Of a stretch of DNA of 64,000 nucleotides, positions 27,525 through 42,500 are shown in pieces. The stretch covers positions 44,826,001 through 44,890,000 of the forward strand of contig NC_091288.1 in NCBI RefSeq assembly GCF_032444005.1. The letters run 5' to 3'. The DNA comes from Ranitomeya imitator. Its lineage: Eukaryota. The stretch's first letter is position 1, and every line of letters begins with the position of its first letter. Made by a program: the position numbers and the translations under genes. The notes beneath the pieces were generated by a model. The model made no database searches. It saw nothing but the letters and a program-made list of their open reading frames with translations, and was not told where the DNA came from.

Positions 27525-30500
27525 GGGGTCATGTGTTGGCCAAAGGAGCAAACAGCCATCAGTTATCTAATATCAGCACCTTGGTGGATCTCACTGCAGA
27601 CAATATGTCGTTAATTGTTGGCCTGCACATGGAAGGACACTTGCCAAATTATTCATACTGTTAGAGTGGATGCATGAAAACCCAATTAAAGGGAATCTGT
27701 CTTCCTTTTGAGCTTTCGAGTTAATAATATGGGCATGCAGGTTGCATACAGCTGAAATTAGTCCAACCTGTATGCCACCTTGATGCTAACTTGTTTAGTA
27801 AAAATCATCTTTCATAGCTTCGATCTTGCCGTTGGTCCTCTGCTCTGTTCCACCTTTTTGTGGGCATTGTCTTCAATTTTGATGTGCCCAAGGGCTGGAG
27901 GGTCACTAACTTCTGGTCCCAGCGATCTCCGGCGCACAGTGATGGTGAATTCCCTACATTGCAGAGGGGCAATGGCAGAAAGAATGCGCAGGTGCAGGAT
28001 TTCAAAGGGACGTCTGTAGAGAAGGGGGGAGAAATCTTATAGTGAAGACCGGAGGCAGTCTAATCTTCTGGGCAGCCTACATCCCACAGCCTGGAAGATC
28101 AAGGCTTTTTACTAAACAAGGCCACATACAGAAGGCATACAGGTATGACTAATACAATACAACACAACCTGTATGCACGTATTAGTAACTTGAAAAACTC
28201 AAAAGTGACAGATTCCCTTTAAAACATTAAAACATAAACTGTATAAACTGCTACATATTTTAAAATGTAAACTGAAAAAAATGTGTTAATAATAATAAAT
28301 ATAGTGCTGAAAGTGATTTGTATTATTTGTTAAAGAGACACTGTCACCTGAATTTGGAGGGAACAATCTTCAGCCATGGAGGCGGGGTTTTTGATTCACC
28401 CTTTCCTTACCTGCTGGCTGCATGCTGGCTGCAATATTGGATTGAAGTTCATTGTCTGTCCTCCGTAGTACATGCCTGCACAAGGTGCAATCTTGCCTTG
28501 CGCAGGCGTGTACTATGGAGGACAGAGAATGAACTTCAATCCAATATTGCAGCCAGCATGCAGCCAGCGGGTAAGGAAAGGGTGAATCAAAAACCCCAAA
28601 ACCCCGCCTCCATGGCTGAAGATTGTTCACTCCAAATCCAGGTGACAGTGTCCCTTTAAATCTAAAAGCAAAAGTCGCCTAATGTAAAACTGATGAAATG
28701 CTGTAAAGCAAACCTTCTCACTTACTTCTAGCTGGGCGTAGATATGGTCAGGTAGTTGCTGTCCGTAGGTTCGCAGAAGCTCAGCCATAGATCTAAGATA
28801 TCTGAAATGCTCCTCAGTGGAAGGTCTATCCCGAATTGCCATCAGATGACCCATAGTTTCCACAAGCACATCATAGTCCTCACCCTTTACTTTCTTAGAG
28901 AAGCCTTTCTCGGTATTTTGAATGAATTCGTCAAGTTCATTAACACTGAGTATGAATAGTAAAATGAAGAAATTTATAGCATTTTTAGTTTGGAAAATAA
29001 ATATATAATTAGAATTTAAACAGGGGTAAACAGCCAATCACTGGCCTCAGTAAATTGTGAGGCTAATGATTGGCAGCAGTGGTCAGGTGGGTAGATGGCG
29101 ATGTCATCACTGCAGTGTAGTAAAGACCGGTGGGAACCACGGGAAGCAGCAGTGGATGTATAAGAAAAATATTGGTTCTTTTCTTATTTTATTAAATTTC
29201 TTGCAGTTGCACCAATTTTCTATTGATCTCAGCTCAAGCGATGTTGATTCACACAACTGCTTGCTTCTTTCTGAACTTGACCACACACAATCACAGGCTG
29301 ATGCTTTAACGTCATCAAATCTCACAATTGGATGCTAAGGTTACGGAAATTATCGATAGTATGATCAGTACATCATCATTGTCCAGAGGTAATGTGGGGT
29401 AATTGGGATTGATAGTACAGACAAGTACAACGTCGAAGTCATAAAGTACATTAAAAAGTGTTAATGATATTTTCAATAGCTTCTCATCAACTATGTCAAG
29501 AGAAAAAGAAGGTTTCATGATCATCATTGAAGTGGTTACTTTATGGGTATGTGCTTACTGAGTCTTTTTGGTGAGTTTTTGGAACGGAAACTTAACAGAA
29601 ACTCTCAAAATCCTCAAAACTCCCCCAAAACTCAGTAAAAAAAGGCTCAATGATCCCATGTCCCAAAGCTGTGTGCGCATAGAGATTTTTTTAAAGAGTT
29701 TTGAAGAGCAGATATGCTCAAAAAATGCCTAAAAAAAGCTACCGGTAAGTAGACAAATGAAAAGATGGATTTGGAAGTGGTTTTTAATTGTCAAGGCGGT
29801 TCAAAGCATACAATACTTCTTCATCAGGAAATCTAGAACAAATGGAGGGCACCACCACTAATCAGTCAAATACGCTTAGTAACAAACCCCGAATCTACCA
29901 CAACATGAAAGAGGACCACAAACCAAATAGTAGAAAAAGGCATGTTGTAATGGAGATCAACGGGATAAACACAAAAAAATACCAAATATAGATTTTTATT
30001 AGAGAGCAAAGAGCAAGCTTAAATATTAAAAACAATTAAAAAGCAGAACAAAACTCTCACAATGACAAAGGGAAAATTGCACACCCCACCAGACGATCGT
30101 ATGTTTTTGGCACCTGAGAAGGGGAAAAAAAAAGTACCCCGATGAAGAAACAAGGAACCTTACCCTATAATGCACACAGTTTATTGATAGGTAAATTATA
30201 CCAAAAGTTCAATTAGCATACATGCAAAGGCATAATCCCCCTGTTACCTCATTCACATCAAGCTACAATAAGCTAAATGATTGAGTAGTATTCATACAAC
30301 AAGATTATCATATCAATAAGGGGAAACCACCATAACCAAAACCTCTATAATATAGAGGAATAGTACCCAATGTATAAGCAATATAAGATACAGTTACCCC
30401 TTAATATATAGAGCTCCAAGAGGTTGCATAAGGGACCATAGTAGACCACCAAATGCTCAACAAGGTTGTCCCAGCCAGGACCTATATAAGACAGAGGACA

Positions 30501-33500
30501 CCATACTCATGTATGTTGGTCGGGTAAAAGATCCCCAGATATGGTAGAGTTGTCTCTAGTCAGCCCACCAGTCAATCCCATCAATAAAGGTGCCAAAGAG
30601 TCTATGGGGCTATGACAAATATCTATAGTGGTTTGTCCAAATATCCTTTCAGATCCATCTTTCCATTTGTCTACATTTTATCTGCCTTGATGGACCGGCA
30701 GCAGCCTTCTGCTCTGACAAGCTCAATCGGGATTTGAGAATGTCACAACCCGACAAGATGAGCATAAACTGTTTTTCTGTTTTCTCTCTTTTCTACTGGA
30801 TAAGACCCTATTTGTGCTTCATTGTCTCCCCAGCCTATTTTTATCCGTAAAAAAAGAGCTTGGAACAGTCTTTAAAAGGTCTCTAAAAAAATAATTCTTT
30901 GAAGACTCTTGCTATTCATTTCTATTAAAATTATATTGATGTTCAGTCTTCTGTGCATTTTTAATTATTAATTTACTTTAATTTTGTTTAAAACACGTCA
31001 ATCAGATAAAAAAAAAAGAGACCTGTCAATCCTTCCGTTTGGAAACTGCTCCATACTTTGCAATAGAAGTCAATGAAAAGACAAGAAAAAAAGCCACAAA
31101 AACACCTGCATTTCCTTTTGAACATTTTGTAATCATCTTTTAGATGTTTTTGCCTAACAAACTATTAGCGTTTTATTAATTGCTTAACAGATCAAAAAGT
31201 GAGAAAATCGCCCACAAAAATGCTAAAAAATGTTAAGAAAATTTTATCAAAAACACCTCCAAGAGAACGTTAACAAAACGCTAACAAAAAAACAGCTTGG
31301 GCTACGTTCGCATTTGCGTCGGGCGCAACCGCGGCAACGCATGCGCCATGCGCCCCTATATTTAACATGGGGGGCGCATGGACATGCGTTTTGTGATGCA
31401 TGCGTTTTTTGGGCGCAAGCGTCAGGGCGCAGAGGACGCTGCTTGTTGCATTTTTTTTGCGCTATAAAAATGAACGCATGCGTCACAAAACGCAGCGTTT
31501 TGCATGTGTTTTTGCATGCATTGTGCGTTGCGTCGCCGACGCAGCACACAACAACGCAAATGTGAACGTAGCCTTAAGGACAAAAAAGGTCTAAAAAACG
31601 CTAAATAGGAAACTCTCATGAGGCAGGTTCTGCTTGAAAAACTCATCATTTCTGACCACATCAACAAAGCTCAGGGTGCACATACCGTTCAAGTATGCAC
31701 CCAGTGGTCTTTGTGATGTTTTTTATGCTTAAAATTGCCTTCTATTGTAAAGTATGGAGCGGTTTCATATCGGAAGACGCCTGAAAAGGTTACAGCACGC
31801 TTTTTTTCTTAAATGCTTGGCACTTTTGATTACCTGAAGCAAATAGAAATGCTCAAAAGATTGAGCATATGAACAGGAAGATTTTGTCAACAGAAATGAA
31901 TGGGAAGGGTTTTTCGTACATTTTTTGAGCTATCTTTTAGCAGTTTTTCGGGGTGGTCCCATTCCAAAAAACTCTTAAGAAAACTATTTGTTCCTTAGAC
32001 ATCTCTGTGCAATGATGTTTTCATTGTTACTTCATTAATTAATTACAAGGGCTCTACCTTTCCTAAAAGTATTATCCATTTTGCTCAGTAGACTTTTGGA
32101 GACGGGTCATCGTTCTATTGTAGAAGACGATATAACGTTGAACAGGCTGCGCTGCTGTAAACGAGAGGCCTTTTGTATTTCAAAATGGTTCTTTATTGTT
32201 CCAACTTGTTTTGGCACCGTACTAGTGTCTTTCTCATGTTAAGTGAGTCAATGATTTAGGAACTTATTCTTATAATCAAATGCCCTGACCCCCTGCCAAT
32301 AAAGCTATATCCATGGACTGCAATGGGACTGCAGTGCTTAATGAGCCTGCTTCTAGAACGGAATGTAACCACTGCCATCTATAAGCAGAATTTCCCATGA
32401 ACTATGTTTTATTTTGAAGGAGGCTGATGAAAGTGTCTGGTCACGTGCCCCTCCATCAGTGGGAACATTATGAATGGCAGTACTGTTGCAGCACTTGCTT
32501 TATTAATGAGGGTCAAAAGGATTGGTCCTGAAATTGCATTAGATATACTAGTCTGAAGCCCAAAATGGGTAGCAAAAATATATTGAAATGCGGAAGTTAC
32601 CTGCATGTAACATCATTTACTAAGTGATCTTTAAACATCCAACTCCATCTCTTGACGGCATTCATCAGAGAGATTTTAAAAGGTCTTATATCTACGAGGA
32701 GCCACCCATTAAATGTCCGTTCATCTTCAAACTCCTCAACTTCATCATAAAGTGACTCATAAATATTGATCTGAGGAAACATAACAAATCAATATTCAAT
32801 AATACATAAAATGCAAGGAACCAGTGGAGAAACATTGGAAATGCAAACCGCCTGATAACAGATACTTCACTATGAGATGTATGTCGATCCCCTTAATGAT
32901 AATGATTTTTTATAGAAAGCACTCTATGTGCCATCACAGGGCCTCAATGTCCTTCCTGCTATCAAGTATGTTTTTTTTCAGGAACCTCCCCAATAGAGTG
33001 GTCCCCAGTATTAATAGAAGAGGAATCCGTAGAGGATTTACTAAGCTACAGTTATATGAAAAAGCTTGGGCACCCCTATTAATCTTAAGCTTAATGTTTT
33101 ATAAAAAAATTGTTTTTTTTTTTGCAACAGCTATTTCAGTTTCATATATCTAATAACTGTTGGACACAGTGATGTTTCTGCCTTGAAATGAGGTTTATTG
33201 TACTAACAGAAAATGTGCAAACTGCGTTCAAACAAAATTTGACAGGTGCATAAGTATGGGCACCTCACCAGAAAAGTGACATTAATATTTAGTAGATCCT
33301 CCTGTTGCAAAAATAACAGCCTCTAGTCACTTCCTGTAGCTTTTAATGAGTTCCTGGATCCTGGATGAAGGTATTTTTGACCATTCCTCTTTACAAAACA
33401 ATTCCAGTTCAGTTAAGTTTGATGGTTGCCGAGCATGGACAGCCCTCTTCAAATGATCCCACAGATGTTCAATGATATTCAGGTCTGGGGACTGGGATGG

Positions 33501-36500
33501 CCATTCCAGAACAGTGTAATTGTTCCTCTGCATGAATGCCTGAGTAGATTTGGAGCGGTGTTTTGGATCATTGTCTTGCTGAAAGATCCATCCCCTGTGT
33601 AACTTCAACTTTGTCACTGATTCATGAACATTATTGTCAAGAATCTGCTGATACTGAGAGGAATCCATGCATCCCTCAACTTTAACAAGATTCCCGGTGC
33701 CGGCATTGGCCACACAGCCCCAAAGCATGATGGAACCTCCACCAAATTTTACTGTGGGTAGCAAGTGTTTTTCTTGGAATGCTGTGTTTTTTGGCCACCA
33801 TGCATAACGCCTTTTTGTATGACCAAACAACTCAATCTTGGTTTCATCAGTCCACAGGACCTTCTTTCAAAAAGAAACTAGCTTCTCCAAATGTGCTTTT
33901 GCATACCTCAGCCGACTCTGTTTGTGGCGTGCTTGCAGAAACGGCTTCTTTTGCATCACTCTCCCATACAGCTTCTCCTTGTGCGAAGTGCGTTGTATAG
34001 TTGACCGATGCACAGTGACACCATCTGCAGCAAGTTGATGCTGCAGCTCTCTGGAGGTGGTCTGAGGATTGTCCTTGACTGATCTTGCCATTCTTCTCTG
34101 CCTTTCTGATGTTTTTCTTGGCCTGCCACTTCTGGCCTTAACAAGAACTGTACCTGTGTTCTTCCATTTCCTTACTATGTTCCTCACAGTGGAAATTGAC
34201 AGGTTAAATCTCTGAGACAGATTTTTGTATCCTTCCCCTGAACAACTATGTTGAATAATCTTTGTTTTCAGATCATTTGACAGTTGTTTTGAGGAGCCCA
34301 TGATGCCACTCTTCAGAGGAGATTCAAACAGGAGAACAACTTGCAAGTGGCCACTTTAAGTAGCTTTTCTCATGATTGCATACATCTGGCTATGAAGTTC
34401 AAAGCTCAATGAGGTTAGAAAACCAAAAAAAAGTAAGTCAGTAAAAAGTAGGTAGGAGTATTTAAAACAAGAAAATGATAAGGGTGCCCATACTTATGCA
34501 CCTGTCAAATTTTGTTTGAATGCAGATTGCACATTTTCTGTTAGTACAATAAACCTCATTTGAAGGCAGAAACATTATTGTGTCCAACAGTTATTAGATA
34601 TATGAAACTGAAATAGCTGTTGCAAAACAAAACAATTTTTATAAAATATTAAGCTTAAGATTAATAGGGGTGCCCAAACTTTTTCACATAACTGTAAATA
34701 TGACAGAATTCTGTGGTAATGTGTAACGAATATAACTATCTAACATGGCTTACACCACATATGTTAGGTGTTTCAGACATTTTTTCATGCTTACTCGACA
34801 CGGACACGTAGTTTCTTTTGAAAGGGGATATCTCACAATTCTTTTGTCGGGTATCACTAGGACCAGTGTCTCATTCCCTGTTCCTGTTCAACTGATTACT
34901 TTTAATGGTGAAGATGCCGGGCCACGTACCTTGCTTTAGCTCCTGAATCTGCCTTAATTCAGTACCCTTCACCCACCCAAAGAAGAAGAGAGTAGTAGTG
35001 TAACGTAATACACTAACCAGACTAACAAGGTAATATGAAAAGGGATAAAGGAAAATACTACTTATACATTCATAAACAGAGTGCTAGCCAGGACAGAGAA
35101 GGGAGTGGCTAACAGGGCACATCTGAGAGCCTTAATGCAGGAAAGCATCCAGGAGCTATCAACTGAGCAGATTAACTCTTGCACTGCAAAAAGAAATTTA
35201 CACCATTTAGTATGAAGGTGAAGTGATTCTAATCAGTGCAGAAGTAGGAGAAATCAGACGCTGCGGTCTTCTGGCTCCTCTCTGCTGCGGTAAACCCTTG
35301 ACAGGATATGACTTCACAGGAAAGAAACGTGGCCTGAGATGCCACACACAAAGTGAAAATTTTGCTCTTAGCGTAAGTCAACTAATAGGTGTTGTACACA
35401 TAGACTAGATAGTCCAAAGATACAATTTATCAAACCACAGGAGCCATTTTGATAAAATTGTCTTATTTTCATACTGTCAAAAAGTTTGCCTTGTATAAAA
35501 ATTAGCAAGTCGTAGTAAATCTGTCGCTATATTTGTGTGTGGGATTTTTATGAATGATTGTTTGGGGCAAAGATTTTCCAATAAAGCAATTTATAAAAGC
35601 AAATGTAGTAACCCTTATCAGTATGCAGAAGACCTGCAGTGCCCCTATTTTTATATTATGGCCAAAGAAAAGTGATACTAGGTCCTATTCAATATGTAAA
35701 CTATACAATCTATATATATAATTGCCTAAGGGTTTTTCTGTCTGTCTGTCTGTCTGTCCTGGAAATCCCACGTCTCTGATTGGTCGAGGCCGCCAGGCCT
35801 CGACCAATCAGCGACGGGCACAGCATGGCGACGATGATGTCATAAAGGTTGCCTCAACCAATCAGCGACGAGCACAGTCTGCCGCGAATTCACCTCGACC
35901 AATCAGCGACGGGCACAGTATCGACGTAGATGTCATAATGGTTGCCATGGCGACGATTATGTCATAAGGGTTGCCTCGACCAATCAGCGACGGGCACAGT
36001 CTGCCACGAATTCTGGAATCATCATTGTCCATATACTACGGGGACATGCATATTCTAGAATACCCGATGCGTTAGAATCGGGCCACAATCTAGTATTAAA
36101 TAAAGCCTTATCCACAAACAGGGCTGCCATCAGGGCATTGGTGTTGTGAATTCTGTTGTCGGGCTCCCTCCTGTGGTCATGAATGGTACTTCGGCTGGTT
36201 CTGTCCATGGACTTCCTCTGGTGGGTGTTTCTGAGTTTCCTTCCTCAGGTGACGAGGTTAATTCGTTAGCTGGCTGCTCTATTTAACTCCACTTAGATCT
36301 TTGCTCCATGCCACCTGTCAATGTTCCAGTATTGGTCTAGTTTACTCCTGGATCGTTCTTGTGACCTGTCTTCCCAGCAGAAGCTAAGTTCCAGCTTGTA
36401 TTTCTTTGGTTTGCTATTTTTCTGTCCAGCTCGCTATTTTTTTGTTGTCTTGCTTGCTGGAAGCTCTGGGACGCAGAGGGAGCGCCTCCGCACCATGAGT

Positions 36501-39500
36501 CGGTGCGGAGGGTCTTTTTTGCGCCCTCTGCGTGGTCTTTTTGTAGGTTTTTGTGCCGACCGCAAAGTAACCTTTCCTATCCTCGGTCTGTTCAGTAAGT
36601 CGGGCCTCACTTTGCTAAATCTATTTCATCTCTGTGTTTGTATTTTCATCTTTACTCACAGTCATTATATGTGGGGGGCTGCCTTTTCCTTTGGGGAATT
36701 TCTCTGAGGCAAGGTAGGCTTTATTTTTCTATCTTCAGGGCTAGCTAGTTCCTTAGGCTGTGCCGAGTTGCATAGGGAGCATTAGGCGCAATCCACGGCT
36801 ATTTCTAGTGTGTTTGATAGGATTAGGGATTGCGGTCAGCAGAGTTCCCACATCCCAGAGCTCGTCCTTTATTATCAGAAACTATCAGGTCATTCCGTGT
36901 GCTCTTAACCACCAGGTCCATTATTGTCCTGACCACCAGGTCATAACAGTTGGTGAGCAAAAGCAAGGAGGGGGGTCACAGACAGGGGCCACCCTTTTTT
37001 TGCTTCTGCTCACTGGGCCCCAGTGGCAGGATTCAGCAGGTTCAGTTTCTAAATGTGAATCGTCAGATGCACATTCAGTTGAAATCTATTGCTGCGCAGG
37101 AAGCCACCAGCTTTCTGCACGCCAATAATTATCAGCCTCCAGGAAAACATAGGCCTGCAGCCGATGATGTCACTGCCAAGTGTTGGCGTGTTCGCGCATC
37201 AAATGGATGAGGTAGATGGCGCCGCTGAACTGTAGCCAGGGTCGGAGAACATGGGAGAACATATTGGGGCAGGATGAAGACACATGGGGACTGGATGGGA
37301 GAACATATGGGGCAGGATGGGAGAACATGTGAGAGCAGGATTGAAACCCATGGGGCCAGAATGGGAAAACATATGAGGCAGGATTGAGACACATGGGGCC
37401 AGGATGGAAGATCATATAGTAGCAGCATGGGAGAACATATATTGGCAGGATGGGAGAACATATGGGGGCAGGATGAAGGCACATGGGGCCAGGATGGGGG
37501 GACATATGGGGGCAGGATGGAGACATTTGGGGCCAGGATGGGAGAACATATGGGGGCAGGATGGAGACATATGGGGCAAAGATGGGAGAAAATATGGGGG
37601 CAGGATGGAACTGTATGGGGCCAGGACAGGAGAAGATATGGGGGCAAGATGAAGACACACAGGGCCAGGAATAAAACACATAGGGCCAGGAATGAGACAC
37701 ATGGGGGCCAGGAATGAGACACATCAGGGCCAGGAATGATACCAGTGGGGTCCAGAATAGAGTAAATATGGGGCCAGTATGTGGGACATTATTACAGGAA
37801 GGGACCAGGATGTGGGACATTATTATTGTAGGAGCTAATTAAGGGATATTATTACTGCTGTGATGTATTTTATTTTTGAGGATACTGTTTTCAGTAGGGC
37901 GGAAGTCCTGTTACCGTGCATGGCAACACTACGTCGCTTTTTTCTTCATAGGTCGCAGTGTTGAAGTTGGGGAAGAATTGGAGAATATGATCTGGAAACT
38001 GGAAGAAGTGATGGCGGTCTGCACTGGATGTAGATAAAAGCAAAGATGAATGTCTTTAACTAGAGACATCAGTGTGTTACCTGTACACTTACACTATACA
38101 CTACATAGCATACACAGACCTCCTGTTTATAATGTCACTGGTGATACCTGTATTATCCATACATTGACACTATATACACATACTAATGAGTTACTGTGTT
38201 ACTTGTACACTGACACTGTAAACTTTGTACCGTGTACAGAGCTCCTTTGTATAAAAGCACTTATGGTAATTTTAGTATTGTGGGTTTTTTTTTTTATTAA
38301 TGATCAGTATTGTAGTATTCAGTCACTATGTGATGGTATCATGTGATTTGGTCATGGTGTGGTGGTATTTGTTCCTCGTATGTGGTATTATTTAGTTACT
38401 ATGGGGCTGTAATTTATGATCTGGTCAAGGTGTATGTATGTATGTGACACATTCCTGTAAAGAAAAATAAATAAAAAATATACCTAAAAATAGCTAATGG
38501 ATATGTATGTGATATGGTGTTCTATTGGAACTGTTAATGTGTGATTGGTGAGGACATTGTGCAGGAGTGGAGATTTTCCAAGAGTGGGTGGTGGGACTGT
38601 GGAAGGTTTGAGGGGTGTATGCAGAGCTGAGGTGGAGCCTGGGTGGAGTCTCAATGGGGTCTAAAAATTTGCCAGTATGGGGCCCTGAAATTCCTGGTGG
38701 CAGCCATGTGAACACGGCAGAGCCACATGCTGCTTTACTGTATGTCACATGTACAGAGCTATTGACCTACAAAAGCAATATGACATCCAAAGTGCCATGC
38801 CATAATTTCTTCTGATGTGTGATTTCAAAAATCCCAAAACTTCTGTGCCTACATGTGAAATTAGAGGTACAGAAAGAGCCCATTCAAGTTGATTCAACAC
38901 TTTTGGAGGTCTTTTATAAATACTACCTGAAGTATATTTCTTACATCATCTCCAGCCAGCTTAGTAGTATTATGTAGTCAGAGTCCTAACTTTTTCCCCC
39001 AACGTATGATGATGACCACACGTCTTGCATAGAATGATTTTATGATGCTTTCTGAAGAATGAGACACTACCTCTCAGATCCTAAACCATAGAAGCAGATG
39101 ATGAGGCACGTAGAAGCTGAGGGTTTCATAAATGGTAAGGAGGCAGAGAACCTGTAAAACACCTCGAAAGATTTTGACCTGTGGGAGATGAGTTTGTTTT
39201 CAGGGAAGAAATTAAAAGGCTTTTTAAGAAATTAAGGACAAAACAGCACCGCAATCTGAGGACTTCGATGTTGGAGCTTGAATTTCCCTTTAAAGAAGCA
39301 ACCACCATCCCAACCCGACCCTATAAATCTTCGCTTTACGGAGACAATGAACGGTAGCAAACAATTCTCCTGGAACAAAGGTTAAAAATGTCTTCTCCAA
39401 CATCCATCTTACTGTTCCTCACTCTGTTCTTCTTCATTTAATACCAATTACTCAGAAGAACAGGGGTTATATACATTTTGGTATATGATGGTTTTCCAGT

Positions 39501-42500
39501 TAAAACAGAGAGATGATGTTCAGCTTCAGGGCGGCGGTTACCCGTGTATATCAGCGAGAAGCCATAATATTTTCCACTGGATGACAATTCAAATTGAGTC
39601 ATTTTGTTTCTGCAGCGCTTTACCTGTTTCTTGAAGTGCTCTAACTGCGGAGAACATTCCTGCAGCTCATAATCTGCATACAATTCCATCTCCTCGGTGC
39701 TAAGAAAGCGGCCGTACTGGAGGAACTGCTTCATGAATTCAGTTTTATCATCCGTCCACAAATAGCTGTACTTTTTAAAGCGTCTCTGATACTCTTTTAC
39801 ATTAACAATGGTCGAGTGCACCCTTCTCATAATTTCTCCATGCATTTCTTTCAACTCCTCCATCTCATCAACGTCGAGCTACATGCAAGACATAAAAATG
39901 AGCTGTATGTGAAAGACTGTGATTATTTTTTTTCCCCAATAAAGAGAGAAATGTAGAATTGTCTCCACAAAGAACAGGAGAAAAAAAAAAGTACTATTCA
40001 ATTTTGAGAGTGGCGGAGAATTCAATCATAACCGATACTGACCACATTTTTAGGCTGAAATGGTCTACTTTGAATTAATTATTATTTCATGCTTTACACA
40101 CCACTAGCGGTGGTGCTGTATACCATAAAATGACAGACAAGATGCCATATTCCACTAAAATATATGCAGAGAGACTCCTTGTACTTGTAGAGCACATATT
40201 GCTGGACGCTTATAAATGTGTTTGCACCAAAATTTTGGTGCAAATTTCGATAATCTAATTGCTGTAAATGCCTAAGCCCAATATACCAGTGTTTTATGCA
40301 TTTATTACACAATTTTTAGCACTCACACCAAAACTTAACCCCTTCACCCCCAGGGCAATTTTCCATTTTACCATTTTTCCTTTTTCCAAGAGCCATCTTT
40401 TTATTTTTCCATCCATATAACCGTATGGGGGCTTGTTTTTTGGCGACACGAGTTATAGTTTGTCATCAGGTTTTTGTGCTTTGCAGTGTCTTTGGACATA
40501 GAGCATGTCACTTCTTTCAGCGTTTTTTCAGCATGTTTGCAGCGTTTTTCACCCATTGAATGGATGCTGAAAAATCGCTGAAAATAAGCAGGATGACTTT
40601 TTTTGCCGCATATTTGCTGCAGAAAAGTCAAGGACAGCTGGATGTGACCTCAAAGTCAGCTCCGATACATCTAGATGGCAGGCTGCATGGTTGCATGATG
40701 CGTACATACAGCCTGTCATCCAGAGACACTGAGCAGCAGACCCGAACCCCATTTACTTGAATGGGGGGCCAGACCATACAGTGTTTGACATGCTGTCATA
40801 TGCATGACAGTGTGGCAAACACTGCTTATGATCGGCAGTGAAACCATCTCCACCGGTCAGAGAGCCGCGGTTCCCACGCTGTCTAAAGACAGCGGGAGCG
40901 CTCAGCTGTGGTCGGCGGTATAAAGTGCAGCGATACAAATATGTCTATTTTGTTAATTTGTGCTATTTGTAATGGGGCATAAGGGGGGGTGATAGGAACT
41001 TTTGTATTTTTTATTTTTTTCATGTTTTCAAAAACTTTTAAAAAAAACTTTTTACTGTGTTTAATAGTACTAAAAGCTGCGATCGTCTGATCGCTTGTGC
41101 TAGATATAGGGAAAATCACAATCTCCTGGCTTTCACAGGAGGATCATCATAACAAGCATGGGGATATTCAGCAGACCCTCAGCTGTCATGGCATCCTATC
41201 GGTGCCCAGGGATCACGTGATGTGAAGGACATGCTATGCTAATAGACGTGTGGAATGACATGTTCCCTCGAGGCGCGTGTTAAATGCCATTGTCAGAGAT
41301 TGACATCACCATTTAACAGGTTAACAGCCACAGTCAGATCTCCACTCACGGCTGTTAAAAGCACATGATGGCTGATTAAATCAGCCATCATTTGCTGGGA
41401 AAGATCCAGTCTCAGCCTGCAAGCCCGCATCAGAGTCAGGGGCACGAAATATGATGTAAATGTACATCACATGTCGTGAAGGGACATGAAAAGGGGTCAA
41501 GGTTACATTTTTGAACGCAAAGTTGCAAGTCATGTATATCTTTAAAAAAGCATGGAACAAGTACATTTATGCTGCAATCATTTTGTATTTACATACAGTA
41601 CAGACCAAAGGTTTGGACACACCTTCTCATTTAAAGATTTTTCTGTATTTTCATGACTATGAAAATTGTACATTCACACTGAAGGCATCAAAACTATGAA
41701 TTAACATATGTGGAATTATATACTTAACAAAAACGTGTGAAACAACTGAAAATATGTCTTATATTCTAGGTTCTTCAAAGTAGCCACCTTTTGCTTTGAT
41801 GACTGCTTTGCACACTCTTGGCATTCTCTTAATGAGCTTCAAGAGGTAATCACCGGGAATGGTTTTCACTTCACAGGTATGCCCTGTCAGGTTTAATAAG
41901 TGGGATTTCTTGCCTTATAAATGGTGTTGGGAACATCAGTTGTGTTGAGCAGAAGTCTGGTGGATACACAGCTGATAGTCCTACTGAATAGACTGTTAGA
42001 ATTTGTATTATGGCAAGAAAAAAGCAGCTAAGTAAAGAAAAACGAGTGGCCATCATTACTTTAAGAAATGAAGGTCAGTCAGTCCGAAAAATTGGGCAAT
42101 CTTTGAAAGTGTCCCCAAGTGCAGTGGCAAAAACCATCAAGCGCTACAAAGAAACTGGCTCACATGGGTACCACCCCAGGAAAGGAAGACCAAGAGTCAC
42201 CTCTGCTTCTGAGTATAAGTTTATCCGAGTCACCAGCCTGAGAAATCGCAGGTTAACAGCAGCTCAGATTAGAGACCAGGTCAATGCCACACAGAGTTCT
42301 AGCAGCAGACACGTCTCTACAAAAACTGTTAAGAGGAGACTTTGTGCAGCAGGCCTTCATGGTAAAATAGCTGCTAGGAAACCACTGCTAGGGACAGGCA
42401 ACAAGCAGAAGAGACTTGTTTGGGCTAAAGAACACAAGGAATGGACATTAGACCAGTGGAAATCTGTGCTTTGGTCTGATGAGTCCAAATTTGAGATCTT

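Larger units (their letters stand above)
36119..38708. mobile_element. Putative non-autonomous hAT-like element containing a solo LTR and a minisatellite
   Basis: TIR CAGGGCTGCCATCAGG vs CATGGCTGCCACCAGG (14/16); TSD unconvincing (4/8). Confidence 0.5.

Noticed and set aside
34999-35320. Possible LTR starting TGTAACG
   Set aside because: No matching CA end with a TSD found.
35790-36000. Regularly spaced repeats resembling a CRISPR array
   Set aside because: The 'spacers' are themselves repeated, the array sits inside a Helitron in a spliceosomal intron, and there are no cas genes.
37132-37820. Six overlapping Pro/Gly-rich ORFs
   Set aside because: Products of a stop-poor minisatellite.
39438-39863. 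ORF-track starts and stops of dynein-like ORFs taken as gene boundaries
   Set aside because: They run past splice sites into introns; exon coordinates were used instead.
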